Shown here: one piece after another, positions 56,601 through 64,000 of the stretch
Numbering within the stretch: position 1 is the stretch's first letter
Layout of the letters: every line of letters begins with the position of its first letter
Assembly: GCA_903872565.1 (NCBI GenBank)
Contig: CAIQLG010000012.1
Location: 18,337-82,336 of the forward strand
Origin: an uncultured Lentisphaerota bacterium
GTDB taxonomy: Bacteria > Verrucomicrobiota > Lentisphaeria > Victivallales > GWF2-50-93
DNA: 64,000 bases
Direction: 5' to 3'
Notes under the pieces: generated by a model
The model's database searches: none
Told to the model about the DNA's origin: nothing
The model's input: the letters and a program-made list of their open reading frames with translations, nothing else
Translations under genes and position numbers: made by a program

Positions 56601-59428
56601 CTGGCACAAGCCTGGGCGATTTGTGCGGCGACATCCTTCTTCTTTTCCACCAGCTTGGCAACTTTATCTCCAAGTTCCCTGAATTCAGGGGTTTGCTCCT
56701 GCAGCTTTTTGATTTCAGCCTGGACTTCCGGATCGCTGACGGCGTTCTGGCCGGTCGCGCTGGCCAGGGATTTTATCGAATTTGCAAGACCACCACCGGC
56801 GGTCGCAATCCCGTTGAGGTGTTCGCCAATAGGATCCTTGTCCCTGTATTTATTTTCCCATGCTATCCAGTTGTCATCTCCCTGTTCCGGCCCGTTGGAA
56901 TAATATTTCTTTATTTCTCCACTTTTGAACTTACTTACCAGGCTGCTGTTCCAACCCTTGACTCCAGCCTTGTTGAATGCCTTGCCGAGGCCGCCAAGAC
57001 CTGCGGTTACAGCGCCAGCCGCATCGCCGTTGACTGCGCTCGAAACCACATCTCCCAGAGTGCCGCCAATCTGTCCGAGCATTGGCTGCCCCACGGGGAT
57101 TATGGAGCAAATTGTGCCGAGCACCTTGAAGACTGTGCTGAGTATCCGCTTGTTCTTGACAGTTTCCGCGGCCTGCCTCTGTAATTCACTGTTTAGAGCG
57201 GCCAAGCTGGATCTTGTCTGCGCCTCGAGATTGTCAGTATCGTTCGCCTCTCTTTGGAGCTGCGGCATTATCTTGTCAAGTTCCTCGAGTTTATTGAGTG
57301 ACTCCTTGACTTTTTCTCCGGTTTTGTTCCTGAGACGCCACAGGCCAGCGAGTTTGCTCTGATTATTTGCCGAAGTCTTTTTCAGCCAGTATGTCAGGTA
57401 CATGGTGTCTATCGAGTGGTCTATCTGCTGGCTGAAGGCCACGATGCTCAGTTCGAAGGAAATCATGGGTGTCCAGCCCGCGGGATTGCCGTAGTAGTCA
57501 AGTCCGTTGCCGATATTTGAAAGAACGGACTGGAACTCGCCTGACTGCTGGGTTATCTCAGTTTTCGCCTGGTTTTCAAGTTTCTGCTCTTCTCTCTTTT
57601 TAAGTTCAGTGTCGAATGACGGGGAATAATATTGGAACCAGACATCCTCCTCGATGGCCTTCTGCGTGTATCCCGCCCAGCGGTCGGCCAGAGTTTTCGC
57701 ATAGTCAATCTTTCCGTTCAGACATGCGGCTTTGATATATTTCATCGCCTGTGCCGCCGAAAGGGGATGTATCCAGGCCATCGTCTTGGCTTTATTCAAC
57801 ATGTACTTCTGCCCACTTTTTCCCGGATTCGCAGGACTGGGAACGTCTGAATCTGCCCCGGGTGTCGATTCGTGTATTCCAGTGATATTACTGTAGTCAT
57901 CGTAGTACGCAGGGGCCCGCCTGCCAAGACGTCTGGATAATTTAGTGCCTTTATAGAAAAAAACACAATTACCCAAGAAGAACCCTGATTCAGTTCCTCC
58001 TTCCATGGCGAAAGCCGGATTTGGATTTCCGCATGCTCCGCCCTTCGGCAACGGTGTCTGAACAGCGCCGGCGGCACCCCCTGATAATCCGACGATTGAA
58101 TTGATTGACGGGTAGCTCGACTCGATGTTTCCCCCTACGCCCCCATGTCCGCCAGCACCGGCATTTCTCGCCTTTGTCCCGTTGCCGGGCTGCCACTTTT
58201 CGAACTCAAATTTATCGTTGACTGCTCCACATGCCTTCCAGCCACCGATGCCTGGTTTGAAGAGTGCAGCAGTGGTATGTTCCTTAAGATATTTGTCAAT
58301 AGCAACGTAGTAGGGACCGTTTTCCGGGACGACAAGGTAAATCCCATATTTTAACCCATTGAGATTCGCGCGAAGAAATGGATTGCTCGCATAGGCGTAG
58401 ACATAGGGTTTGCTCGGCCAGTCCCAGACCTTATTGGTACTATTCTTGGCCATCGTATCCCGTGATTCCCCGTCCATACCGTTTGCGCCACGCCCGCCTT
58501 CCTGTCCCGCGGAACCTAAAGATGAAAACAATGTTTTCCCAGAGGAGCTCGGTGTTATACTGCTGACGAAAAGGCTGATATTGCCGCCGGTTTCGCCATC
58601 GTGGCCTTTCTGTGCCTCGGCGCCTGAACTACAATCAGCGGCGCGGATTGAAAATGGCAGCGGGGTGGTGTCAATGACAGCACCGTTCTCGAAAACAAGT
58701 TCCTTGGCGAAAAGCAGCAAGTTTGTCTTCGGGAAGGATGCATTACTTCTCACTATGATTTTTTCGGCGGCGATAGTAAGCTTCTTAAGGTCGACGTTGA
58801 GATCGGTCTGCCCCTCCTTGTAAGAACAGAATTTCTCATAAATACCATTGTCATGCCCCTTCTGGATTACAATTGTGAGGCCGGAGACGGTGGCCGTCCG
58901 GGGCTTCCGGTTCGTGGTATTGAAGAATTCCTCGACATCGGACTTGCTTTCCGTTACGAGTATGTAATCCTTGGATTCGGTGTCCGGTGCCGGAAATGAC
59001 GAGCTGACAGTGTTGAAGCATTTGACATCATCCGGAATTTTCATTGTCGGAAGAATCAGAAAGCTCTGGGTTTCGAAAAGTTCGTTGGCGGTCGCCTTTA
59101 CATTCACTTCGATCGTGGTATTAGAGGTTGCTGCAGGGATATATTTGAAAAGTCCATTGGCGCTTATCGTGCAGCCTACTGGTGCATTTTCGAGTGAAAA
59201 TGCAGGAGATGTAAGCAGAGATGATCTTATTTCGAGCTGAAACGCCTTTGGAGCCGCTGGATCGAAATAATGGATCTGATCAGGAATCGAACCAATATAA
59301 ACTGCCGGCACCTTGTCCTGGGCGCTGGTGTTGAAAACAAGACAAAGTGAGATTAGCGCAAAAAACGCCGCAATGTGATTCCTGAAAAACGTATTCGTGC
59401 AGATTGAAGGAAGTGAGAGATTTTTCAT
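53660..59428 (-). CDS. Giant (1922 aa) secreted multidomain protein: Ig-like N-terminus, Gly-rich region, long helical region with hydrophobic Gly-zipper segment, CarboxypepD_reg/Cna-B-like beta-sandwich repeats, C-terminal FG-GAP/VCBS repeats
   Basis: Signal-like N-terminus ...AAFFALISLCLVFNTSAQD. Repeated beta-sandwich units (GKYTLVPSF.., GNYTITPSY.., ATYTFTPSK.., DKYVVAPSF..). DFDGDGKSD, GDFDGDGASE, GDFDGDGTSE, DSDGDGRDE at the C-terminus. GGGAGAG SD. Confidence 0.85.
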   Translation of the reverse strand: MKNLSLPSICTNTFFRNHIAAFFALISLCLVFNTSAQDKVPAVYIGSIPDQIHYFDPAAPKAFQLEIRSSLLTSPAFSLENAPVGCTISANGLFKYIPAATSNTTIEVNVKATANELFETQSFLILPTMKIPDDVKCFNTVSSSFPAPDTESKDYILVTESKSDVEEFFNTTNRKPRTATVSGLTIVIQKGHDNGIYEKFCSYKEGQTDLNVDLKKLTIAAEKIIVRSNASFPKTNLLLFAKELVFENGAVIDTTPLPFSIRAADCSSGAEAQKGHDGETGGNISLFVSSITPSSSGKTLFSSLGSAGQEGGRGANGMDGESRDTMAKNSTNKVWDWPSKPYVYAYASNPFLRANLNGLKYGIYLVVPENGPYYVAIDKYLKEHTTAALFKPGIGGWKACGAVNDKFEFEKWQPGNGTKARNAGAGGHGGVGGNIESSYPSINSIVGLSGGAAGAVQTPLPKGGACGNPNPAFAMEGGTESGFFLGNCVFFYKGTKLSRRLGRRAPAYYDDYSNITGIHESTPGADSDVPSPANPGKSGQKYMLNKAKTMAWIHPLSAAQAMKYIKAACLNGKIDYAKTLADRWAGYTQKAIEEDVWFQYYSPSFDTELKKREEQKLENQAKTEITQQSGEFQSVLSNIGNGLDYYGNPAGWTPMISFELSIVAFSQQIDHSIDTMYLTYWLKKTSANNQSKLAGLWRLRNKTGEKVKESLNKLEELDKIMPQLQREANDTDNLEAQTRSSLAALNSELQRQAAETVKNKRILSTVFKVLGTICSIIPVGQPMLGQIGGTLGDVVSSAVNGDAAGAVTAGLGGLGKAFNKAGVKGWNSSLVSKFKSGEIKKYYSNGPEQGDDNWIAWENKYRDKDPIGEHLNGIATAGGGLANSIKSLASATGQNAVSDPEVQAEIKKLQEQTPEFRELGDKVAKLVEKKKDVAAQIAQACASVAFYTNQMTASLNAIDSIQNQVLLRQGAIDPRLDSYLDELSKRAEDNLIKYHYYMKKAYEYRMLKEYTTPLDLSDLKNSIIKLVEVDNAGSTLNEGQFKQLKTLYSDVIWKMCAQLYDEIINMRKSSESDTETTYEFHPNQLDALNRGETLEINFQKTGLFGSEQGLRIRSIEVTEMNVGLAPWAPSTKNANFSVFFTHDGVSDLSTAKGNAYRFRHYNSTSGDNKIVWGGKYTYTTKSITQIVPSVAEASLLKTILTDKKLAVTDAEMPIFCWPSANATINIKKSMENKESKSLRGEGSGRTAMKGAPSDSEDSFSIKSLKVNIKYSMLKQDSSISELIVKSDEGISPTILFDKIDQNGYGSGRAPFSRIFKTGETVTVSAPAQFGSAKFAKWTDSQGDSSGFIDPTNPVLSALPIKTNRTIVARYSYDISGNILGLTDGQGNKTSGAAIAVIGEKFSRLVYMEDKELGMYKITGLRPGKYTLVPSFNKKTFTPVSRELEIVDKDISGVDFNTTSSENAKNLAFGKIRSKNGASWEPFGGAMVTLVKNDKSGYKRVTFTSERDGTFQFDALDTGNYTITPSYSAYQFESSKDKDKSYTFDLTSSMGYDKYPNLIFNADPVSVFAAKGQVTQSDADGVKITVKSPNGADQSAMTDKDGKFSFMLTPATYTFTPSKTGFVFDPVSISKKMTNKDIEDVNFTIKKSATNTFINITGRVEDLPASKTAIVRLHMRSGVLGMVQTDANGNFKFTRVPQDKYVVAPSFDGFKFRPGTKEVNDATDVELVFHARQIVPRDDFDGDGKSDSLWTADDGRHFASGSDSLKGSEMGSLLLDPVAPCQIIGSGDFDGDGASEVISRSGADSGPFWIYSPLTGKKRLLWHGLDKSVMVVATGDFDGDGTSEIVWFNSQNCEIRIDRGIVGWDMAPKGQRLALKNFEFIQSSDSDGDGRDEVIFKDTSSDLLYRAKFSGSRITGFDQIKDK

Positions 59429-59438
59429 GTTTCTCTCC

Positions 59439-60215
59439 CTACTTCATCAGTTTTATGTTGATTCCGCTTATTGCTCCCTGGCTGTCCGCTGTCATGTTCG
59501 TCACCTCCCAGGTCTGTGCCTTCTGAACGCCCACTGGCGCGATGGAAAGGTAATAGCCATTGGCACTGAATTCCTTGAGCTTCTTCGACAGTTTAAGGTC
59601 GTATATTTGAACGGTGAGGGTCTGTTTATTCTCCGCATCGGGAACTGAGCTCGTCGAAATAATCAGATCACCACCCAGGAGTTCGGCACTTATCTGAGTG
59701 TCAAACTGGAGCTGGCCGACCTTCTCAAAACCTTTTTTCGCGAGCTTACAGCTGGTCAGGCAATATTTACCGCCCACGCTGGTCATGAAAAATGCATGAT
59801 TCTTCCCATAGGCCAGAAGTTGCGGGATTGCGATTTCGTTTTGAAGATCGACTGTGCCTGTGACAATTGTCTTGGAATCCTTGCCGAGGACTGTCATGGT
59901 TGTTACGCCGAGATAGGCGCCGTCCACGTTCGAGAGAAGGTAGTCGACGACGAGCAGTGTCTTATTGTCGCAGGCCATGTCTGCAACAGGCATTTCTCCA
60001 AGAACGAGATTCCATTCCGCGATTACACGCGAAGCGTTTGTGGCATCTTTACTTTCCGCAGGCGCATCCCAGGGGAAACAGATCAATCCGGCAATGGATG
60101 CAGCAGCCGCGAATTTCTGGAACATTTTCCTGTGCTGCACAATCCCTTCGCAATGTATCATCCGGTCAACAACTCCGAGCAAGCTTGAGCATCCGACTGT
60201 TTTTTCAGTTGCCAT
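59439..60215 (-). CDS. Hypothetical exported protein whose ORF begins with a GvpA N-terminal module (alternative start at 60125 gives a plain signal peptide)
   Basis: The first 30 codons, MATEKTVGCSSLLGVVDRMIHCEGIVQHRK, parallel Gvp[26 protein letters not shown]. Then MFQKFAAAASIAGLICFPWDAPAES looks like a signal peptide. SD AGAGG serves ATG 60215; only AGGA at short spacing serves ATG 60125. Confidence 0.6.
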   Translation of the reverse strand: MATEKTVGCSSLLGVVDRMIHCEGIVQHRKMFQKFAAAASIAGLICFPWDAPAESKDATNASRVIAEWNLVLGEMPVADMACDNKTLLVVDYLLSNVDGAYLGVTTMTVLGKDSKTIVTGTVDLQNEIAIPQLLAYGKNHAFFMTSVGGKYCLTSCKLAKKGFEKVGQLQFDTQISAELLGGDLIISTSSVPDAENKQTLTVQIYDLKLSKKLKEFSANGYYLSIAPVGVQKAQTWEVTNMTADSQGAISGINIKLMK

Positions 60216-60290
60216 TTTCTTACCTCTTTTTTTGCTGGTTGAGTTTTATTCTTTCAACCTTAACTGTAACGCGCAATGAGGCCTAGTACA

Positions 60291-60306
60291 AGCAGGAGGG
60301 ATGCCC
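60291..60306 (-). promoter_or_regulatory. Candidate sigma54 (-24/-12) promoter upstream of the gvpA-module ORF / giant protein operon
   Basis: The minus strand reads GGGCATCCCTCCTGCT (GG-N10-GC). About 75 nt upstream of ATG 60215. Confidence 0.45.
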
Positions 60307-60405
60307 AAAGACTGAGACGATATTTTATAATTTCTTTAACATCTTAATGATTAATATGTTAGATATAAAATAAAACATGAAATTAATCTGAATAAATTTA
60401 TGCCC

Positions 60406-60480
60406 TAGACAATCTCGGCGGAAGCCTCTCCGCACGAGATCATCTGCTGGAATCACATTTCAAACTCCAAATTTCGCAAT
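60406..60480. repeat. Third (inverted, imperfect) copy of the 41-nt nested hairpin family
   Basis: TAGACAATCTCG-GCGGAAGCCTCTCCGC-ACGAGATCATCT followed by TCACATTTCAAACTCCAAATTTCGC. The latter resembles the reverse complement of the 19172..19200 leader. Confidence 0.55.
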
Positions 60481-60564
60481 TCTGAAACTTTCTCGCGTTT
60501 TTTTACAAGGCTTTCCTTATGGGATTTGCTTTTTGTCTTTGAAGGTATATTTTCCACGTGTGAT

Positions 60565-60640
60565 GCCCGGGTAGCTCAGGGGATAGAGCAGCAGTTTCCT
60601 AAACTGTTGGTCGGAGGTTCGATTCCTCTCCCGGGTACCA
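60565..60640 (+). tRNA. tRNA-Arg (anticodon CCT), CCA encoded
   Basis: Hand-folded cloverleaf. Acceptor GCCCGGG/CCCGGGT (G1-U72 wobble), D arm GCTC-aggggata-GAGC. Anticodon arm GCAGT-ttCCTaa-ACTGT, T arm GGAGG-ttcgatt-CCTCT. 76 nt. Confidence 0.9.
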
Positions 60641-60787
60641 TTCTTTAAAGTCCGGATTTATCAACGATGTTGTTTCAATTCTCGCTCTGTGAGCGACTGG
60701 CTCCACTGCCGCCGGAGGCAGGCAGTGCTTGCCCTGCACCTTTAGATGCTAACGCATTCTCCATCAATATTCTTATCGGAATCACCA

Positions 60788-61633
60788 TCATCCGAGCTCG
60801 AATGAAGTGACCCCGAAGATCTTGTCCAATGGCAGTTCCGGAGTTGCGCCAAGATACATCCTTGCAGTGGAAAAAACCTCTGTCATCCGGTATTTCACGG
60901 CAAGGGCAAGCGCGTCTTTGTTCGGTTCCGGCAGATCGAGGTAGAACGGATCTCCTTCAGGGGCGAAATTCGCAAGCCCAAGCAGAATCCTCTCAGATAT
61001 TTCAGATGAATCCGCGAAGAGCGGACCTATTTTATAACCCCTCTCGCATTTTCTTATCACTCCATAGCCTGAAAGATGATTTTCCGCATCAAATGTCCCC
61101 AGGGCAAGGCTTTGTGGCTGTGATATCCATTTTTTAAGGAAGCTTGCCCTTTGGGCCGGAAAATGAAGATTGTCGTATCTGCACACCTCCCGGAATGGAA
61201 CTTGGGAAAGCGGAACCAAGCCGCCATTTGCTTCCGGAGTTTTGCTGGCAATTCCTTCGTGTCGAATATTCCTGTATGCCATATTGAAACCGAAGTGTTC
61301 GTAGCTTTTCACTTTCTTGAGAACCCCGTCCTGGCCGATGCGGCGGCTGCCAAGATAGTTTAACGCAGCCCTGCCAAGCTCAACCCCTATGTGATGTCCC
61401 CTGAGATCATTCCTGACAATGAAGAATCCGATGAACCCAAAGTCTTCATCATAGGCGACCGCCGAGATGCAGCCGAGAGGAGTCTCCCCTTCGAAAGCCA
61501 TGAAAAAACCATGGGGATCAGCGGAATAAAAACATTCTGCATCGCTGATTCCCGGGTTCCAGCCTTCCACCCCGGCCCAGGCTACCGCACACCTCAGATC
61601 GGAAATTGTCATCTCCCTGATTTCAAACGACAT
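60788..61633 (-). CDS. GNAT-family N-acetyltransferase (two-domain, YitH-like)
   Basis: Start trimmed to ATG 61633 (MSFEIREMTISDL), 8 nt after the upstream stop. Acetyl-CoA motif region FFIVRNDLRGHHIGVELGRAAL. Confidence 0.7.
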   Translation of the reverse strand: MSFEIREMTISDLRCAVAWAGVEGWNPGISDAECFYSADPHGFFMAFEGETPLGCISAVAYDEDFGFIGFFIVRNDLRGHHIGVELGRAALNYLGSRRIGQDGVLKKVKSYEHFGFNMAYRNIRHEGIASKTPEANGGLVPLSQVPFREVCRYDNLHFPAQRASFLKKWISQPQSLALGTFDAENHLSGYGVIRKCERGYKIGPLFADSSEISERILLGLANFAPEGDPFYLDLPEPNKDALALAVKYRMTEVFSTARMYLGATPELPLDKIFGVTSFELG

Positions 61634-61641
61634 AAAAATGC

Positions 61642-64000
61642 CTATTGCTTTCCCATTTTCGCCTTGACTTTTACTGATATGCTCCAAAGCGTCTGCGATC
61701 CGGCATAGCGGACAACGTTGTCGTCCTTGCCAGAGACTGTGAATCCGACCGGAATGCTCTCCAATGGATTGATGCTCGCGCAGTCGCCGCCGTAGGTCAG
61801 AGACCAGGCGCACTTTGAATTGACCTTGAATCTGATTGCCGGCGAGACACCTGCTTTTGTTTTGTAGACATATGAACCACCCTGCTTGACAGGTTCGAAA
61901 GAGATAGGGATGCCGCCGACATTCAAATCAATCCGACTGCCCTCAAGCGAAGCCATGCTCAAACCGCCAGCCACCGCTTTGCTAATCACAATGCTGTCTT
62001 TCGCGTGATTGGCGGAATTTGTCTTTCCATTTGCCGAAAACACGTTAAAATCCCCGGACGCAGTTTTCTCTCTGTAATCCCACGACATGTCACCGGCGTA
62101 GGAAACCACTGCACGTACCGGGAACTCGGCAAGGTTCAGGACAATCGGACTCTCTCCTGAAAAGTTAACGAACAGATTAAGACCTGTCCTCTTGATGCTG
62201 GCTCTCCATTCATTCGTGTTGAAGTCTAGCACGAGAGCTATAGACGGCACGCTGCCGTTTGACGTATATGTGTGGACGCCGGAGTCTGAAGTCCATTTCC
62301 CAAGATCCGTATGAATCGCGAAATATTTGTCCTGCAGACGGAGCGTGCCCGTCTTGTTTGCCACGAAACGATTTTCCGTCAGACCTCCAAGACCCGCATC
62401 GCCGATAACAATCTTGTCCGAGTTTGCGGCACCGGAGTTCATTTTGACTGAAATGGCTCCGAGAGTCGAGTCCACCGGTTTTGTGTAGATACAGCCCATT
62501 AGCCGCAGACGCTCCTGGGCGAAATCGTTGACCTCGGCGCGCATGGCCTCTCCCTTGTTGCGCCCGAGCCCCATCACGTAGCCGAGGGTGTCGGAAGAAG
62601 CGGAGACGACCAGCTTGGTCATCCAGGATGCGAGCAGGGCGCTGTCTTTCCGGGCAAGCGTCAAGGTCAAGGGAGTCAAACGCATGAATGCTGGTATCAG
62701 GAGAGATATGTCATCCTTGTTGACATTCACTATTTCGTAGTCACCTAGGCGTGCAATCCATGCGGCTGGAAGTTCGACCGGGACATAGCGGCAGCCAAGG
62801 AGCGCGGACTCCGCGACCTTCCAGGTAGGATCAATATAATGCTGCATGATGGCAAGATATCCCTGCGCCGCTTTGAATTCGAGTTGAATGTCCTGCGAGT
62901 CAGCCTTCGAGAACCAGCCGTTGGCGCGCGGAACCATGATCGTTGACGACGGAGACTCCGTGTCCGCCCCACTGATCCACTCGAGACTTCCAGGTTTTGC
63001 GTTGATGATGTCGTAGCCGGAACGTTTCACATAAATGCCGGCAAGCGCATCCAGTGTCTCCTGCGGCACTGTGACTGTCTCGGAAAATGAAGGAACATAG
63101 GGATCTGGCGGCTGAAGCCCCGATTTCGCGGCGACCGCGAGACGGAGACATTTTATGACCGCCTCTGTGGAAAGCCCTGATTGCGAGTTGTTGCTGGCGA
63201 AAGCCGCAAGTCCTTGGTCGACAAGGATTATGAGCTGGGAGCTGAAATAGACCGTGCCTCCATCGTGCCAGCAGAGTTTGCCTGCATACGACAGTGCTGG
63301 ATGCGAAAGAAGCCATGAGAGGCCGTTGTTGTAGGTGTCGAATGGACAGCCGCCGTTCTGGACGGTCAGCATCTCCCCGAGAGTTTCGCTTTTTATGACA
63401 TTTCCCGCCGGTGTCGCACCGCTCGCAAGAACCATCTTGGCATATTTCGCCATGTCGTTGGCGGTCGAGGTGATGGAGCCCGCAGTGCTCATGCTGCAGT
63501 ACTCCTGCGGAAAAAGTATCCCGGAAATGTAGGGTTTTGAGAGCCTCTTTTTCAGTTGAGCGTCAGAGTAGTAGCTCAGAGAGAACGAGGAATCATTCAT
63601 CCCCATGACATCAAACAGTTTCGCCCGGGCGTAGCTGTCATAGTCGGTGCCGGCGACACTCGCGACGAGTTCGGAGAGAATGGCGAACCCGCTGTTGTTG
63701 TAGGCGAATACAAAATTGACGGGTGCGGCGCTATCTTCCGTCTTGAGCCAGCCTAAAAGCCAATTTGTGAAATCAGACGTGGACGACGGCACGCTCGTGA
63801 ATCCGCCATTGAAGATGTCGCCCGGAATCCCCGAGTGGTGGTCGAGTATTGTGCGAAGTGTTATGATGGAGCCGGGAAATCGCTGGGTTATGCTGAAGGC
63901 CGGAAAGACTTTTTCTACGGGATCGTCAATGCTGAGACTGTTCTGCTCCGCCAATTGCATTACAGATGTCGCCGCAAAGGTTTTCGATATGGATCCGATC
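61642..64000 (-). CDS. Beta-lactamase-family serine hydrolase with ~400-aa C-terminal beta-rich extension; 5' end runs off the right edge
   Basis: The frame stays open upstream of the ORF-track Met. 63961..64000 encodes IGSISKTFAATSV (SxxK motif). YNN (YxN) and HDG motifs follow. Confidence 0.8.
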   Translation of the reverse strand, partial: IGSISKTFAATSVMQLAEQNSLSIDDPVEKVFPAFSITQRFPGSIITLRTILDHHSGIPGDIFNGGFTSVPSSTSDFTNWLLGWLKTEDSAAPVNFVFAYNNSGFAILSELVASVAGTDYDSYARAKLFDVMGMNDSSFSLSYYSDAQLKKRLSKPYISGILFPQEYCSMSTAGSITSTANDMAKYAKMVLASGATPAGNVIKSETLGEMLTVQNGGCPFDTYNNGLSWLLSHPALSYAGKLCWHDGGTVYFSSQLIILVDQGLAAFASNNSQSGLSTEAVIKCLRLAVAAKSGLQPPDPYVPSFSETVTVPQETLDALAGIYVKRSGYDIINAKPGSLEWISGADTESPSSTIMVPRANGWFSKADSQDIQLEFKAAQGYLAIMQHYIDPTWKVAESALLGCRYVPVELPAAWIARLGDYEIVNVNKDDISLLIPAFMRLTPLTLTLARKDSALLASWMTKLVVSASSDTLGYVMGLGRNKGEAMRAEVNDFAQERLRLMGCIYTKPVDSTLGAISVKMNSGAANSDKIVIGDAGLGGLTENRFVANKTGTLRLQDKYFAIHTDLGKWTSDSGVHTYTSNGSVPSIALVLDFNTNEWRASIKRTGLNLFVNFSGESPIVLNLAEFPVRAVVSYAGDMSWDYREKTASGDFNVFSANGKTNSANHAKDSIVISKAVAGGLSMASLEGSRIDLNVGGIPISFEPVKQGGSYVYKTKAGVSPAIRFKVNSKCAWSLTYGGDCASINPLESIPVGFTVSGKDDNVVRYAGSQTLWSISVKVKAKMGKQ

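Noticed and set aside
56186-57184. 332-aa + strand ORF, and other + ORFs inside 53660..59428
   Set aside because: Antisense to the 1922-aa gene, which has a signal peptide, an SD and recognisable repeats. The + ORFs have no motifs and biased composition.
60126-60215. Treating the gvpA-like 30 codons as an independent third gvpA gene
   Set aside because: Only the N-terminal helix is present, and the frame continues without a stop into an unrelated protein. It is reported as a chimeric or leader module instead.

Overview
64-kb bacterial chromosomal window with no rRNA and one tRNA (Arg-CCT). All family calls rest on motifs I recognised by eye; no database search was possible. Composition is mosaic: a hand-counted 60-nt sample near 6.5 kb is about 38% GC, and one near 25.3 kb is about 70% GC.

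(1) 1-18.1 kb. Every gene is on the minus strand, forming an AT-rich island. It holds two tandem gvpA genes encoding identical proteins, one gvpF/L, and a 52-aa gvpA-like ORF lacking the beta-hairpin core. They are interleaved with three receiver/Ser-Thr-kinase fusions, three hybrid histidine kinases, 2-3 coiled-coil paralogs, an HPr-CBM48 fusion and a small HExxH protein. I could not recognise gvpN, K, G, J, M or O. This non-canonical, kinase-wired gas-vesicle locus is my best candidate for an undescribed system.

(2) 18.1-19.6 kb. IS630-type transposase relic flanked by nested-hairpin repeats.

(3) 19.6-45 kb. Plus-strand locus with a GntR regulator, apparently cytoplasmic. It contains a split transketolase, two PF12831-like FAD oxidoreductases, BNR/sialidase-like proteins, an SDR, a Zn-ADH and six uroporphyrinogen-decarboxylase-like paralogs. 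It also has a UxaB-like reductase, a HemL-like aminotransferase, a ceramidase-like protein, an amidohydrolase and a SASA-type esterase.

(4) 45-53.5 kb. Periplasmic binding protein plus hybrid kinase, a secreted papain-like peptidase, a pepC relic, and a Gfo/Idh/MocA-AraC pair.

(5) 53.6-64 kb. A 1922-aa secreted protein, preceded by an ORF whose first 30 codons are a gvpA 5' module. Then tRNA-Arg, a GNAT and a beta-lactamase-family hydrolase.

Cross-cutting signals:
- Four near-identical sigma54-type -24/-12 elements, upstream of gvpA, the short gvpA-like ORF, the gvpA-chimeric ORF and the peptidase.
- An A12 tract at a kinase stop / kinase start overlap.
- Several families of nested palindromic, MITE-like intergenic repeats and G3-N6 periodic arrays.
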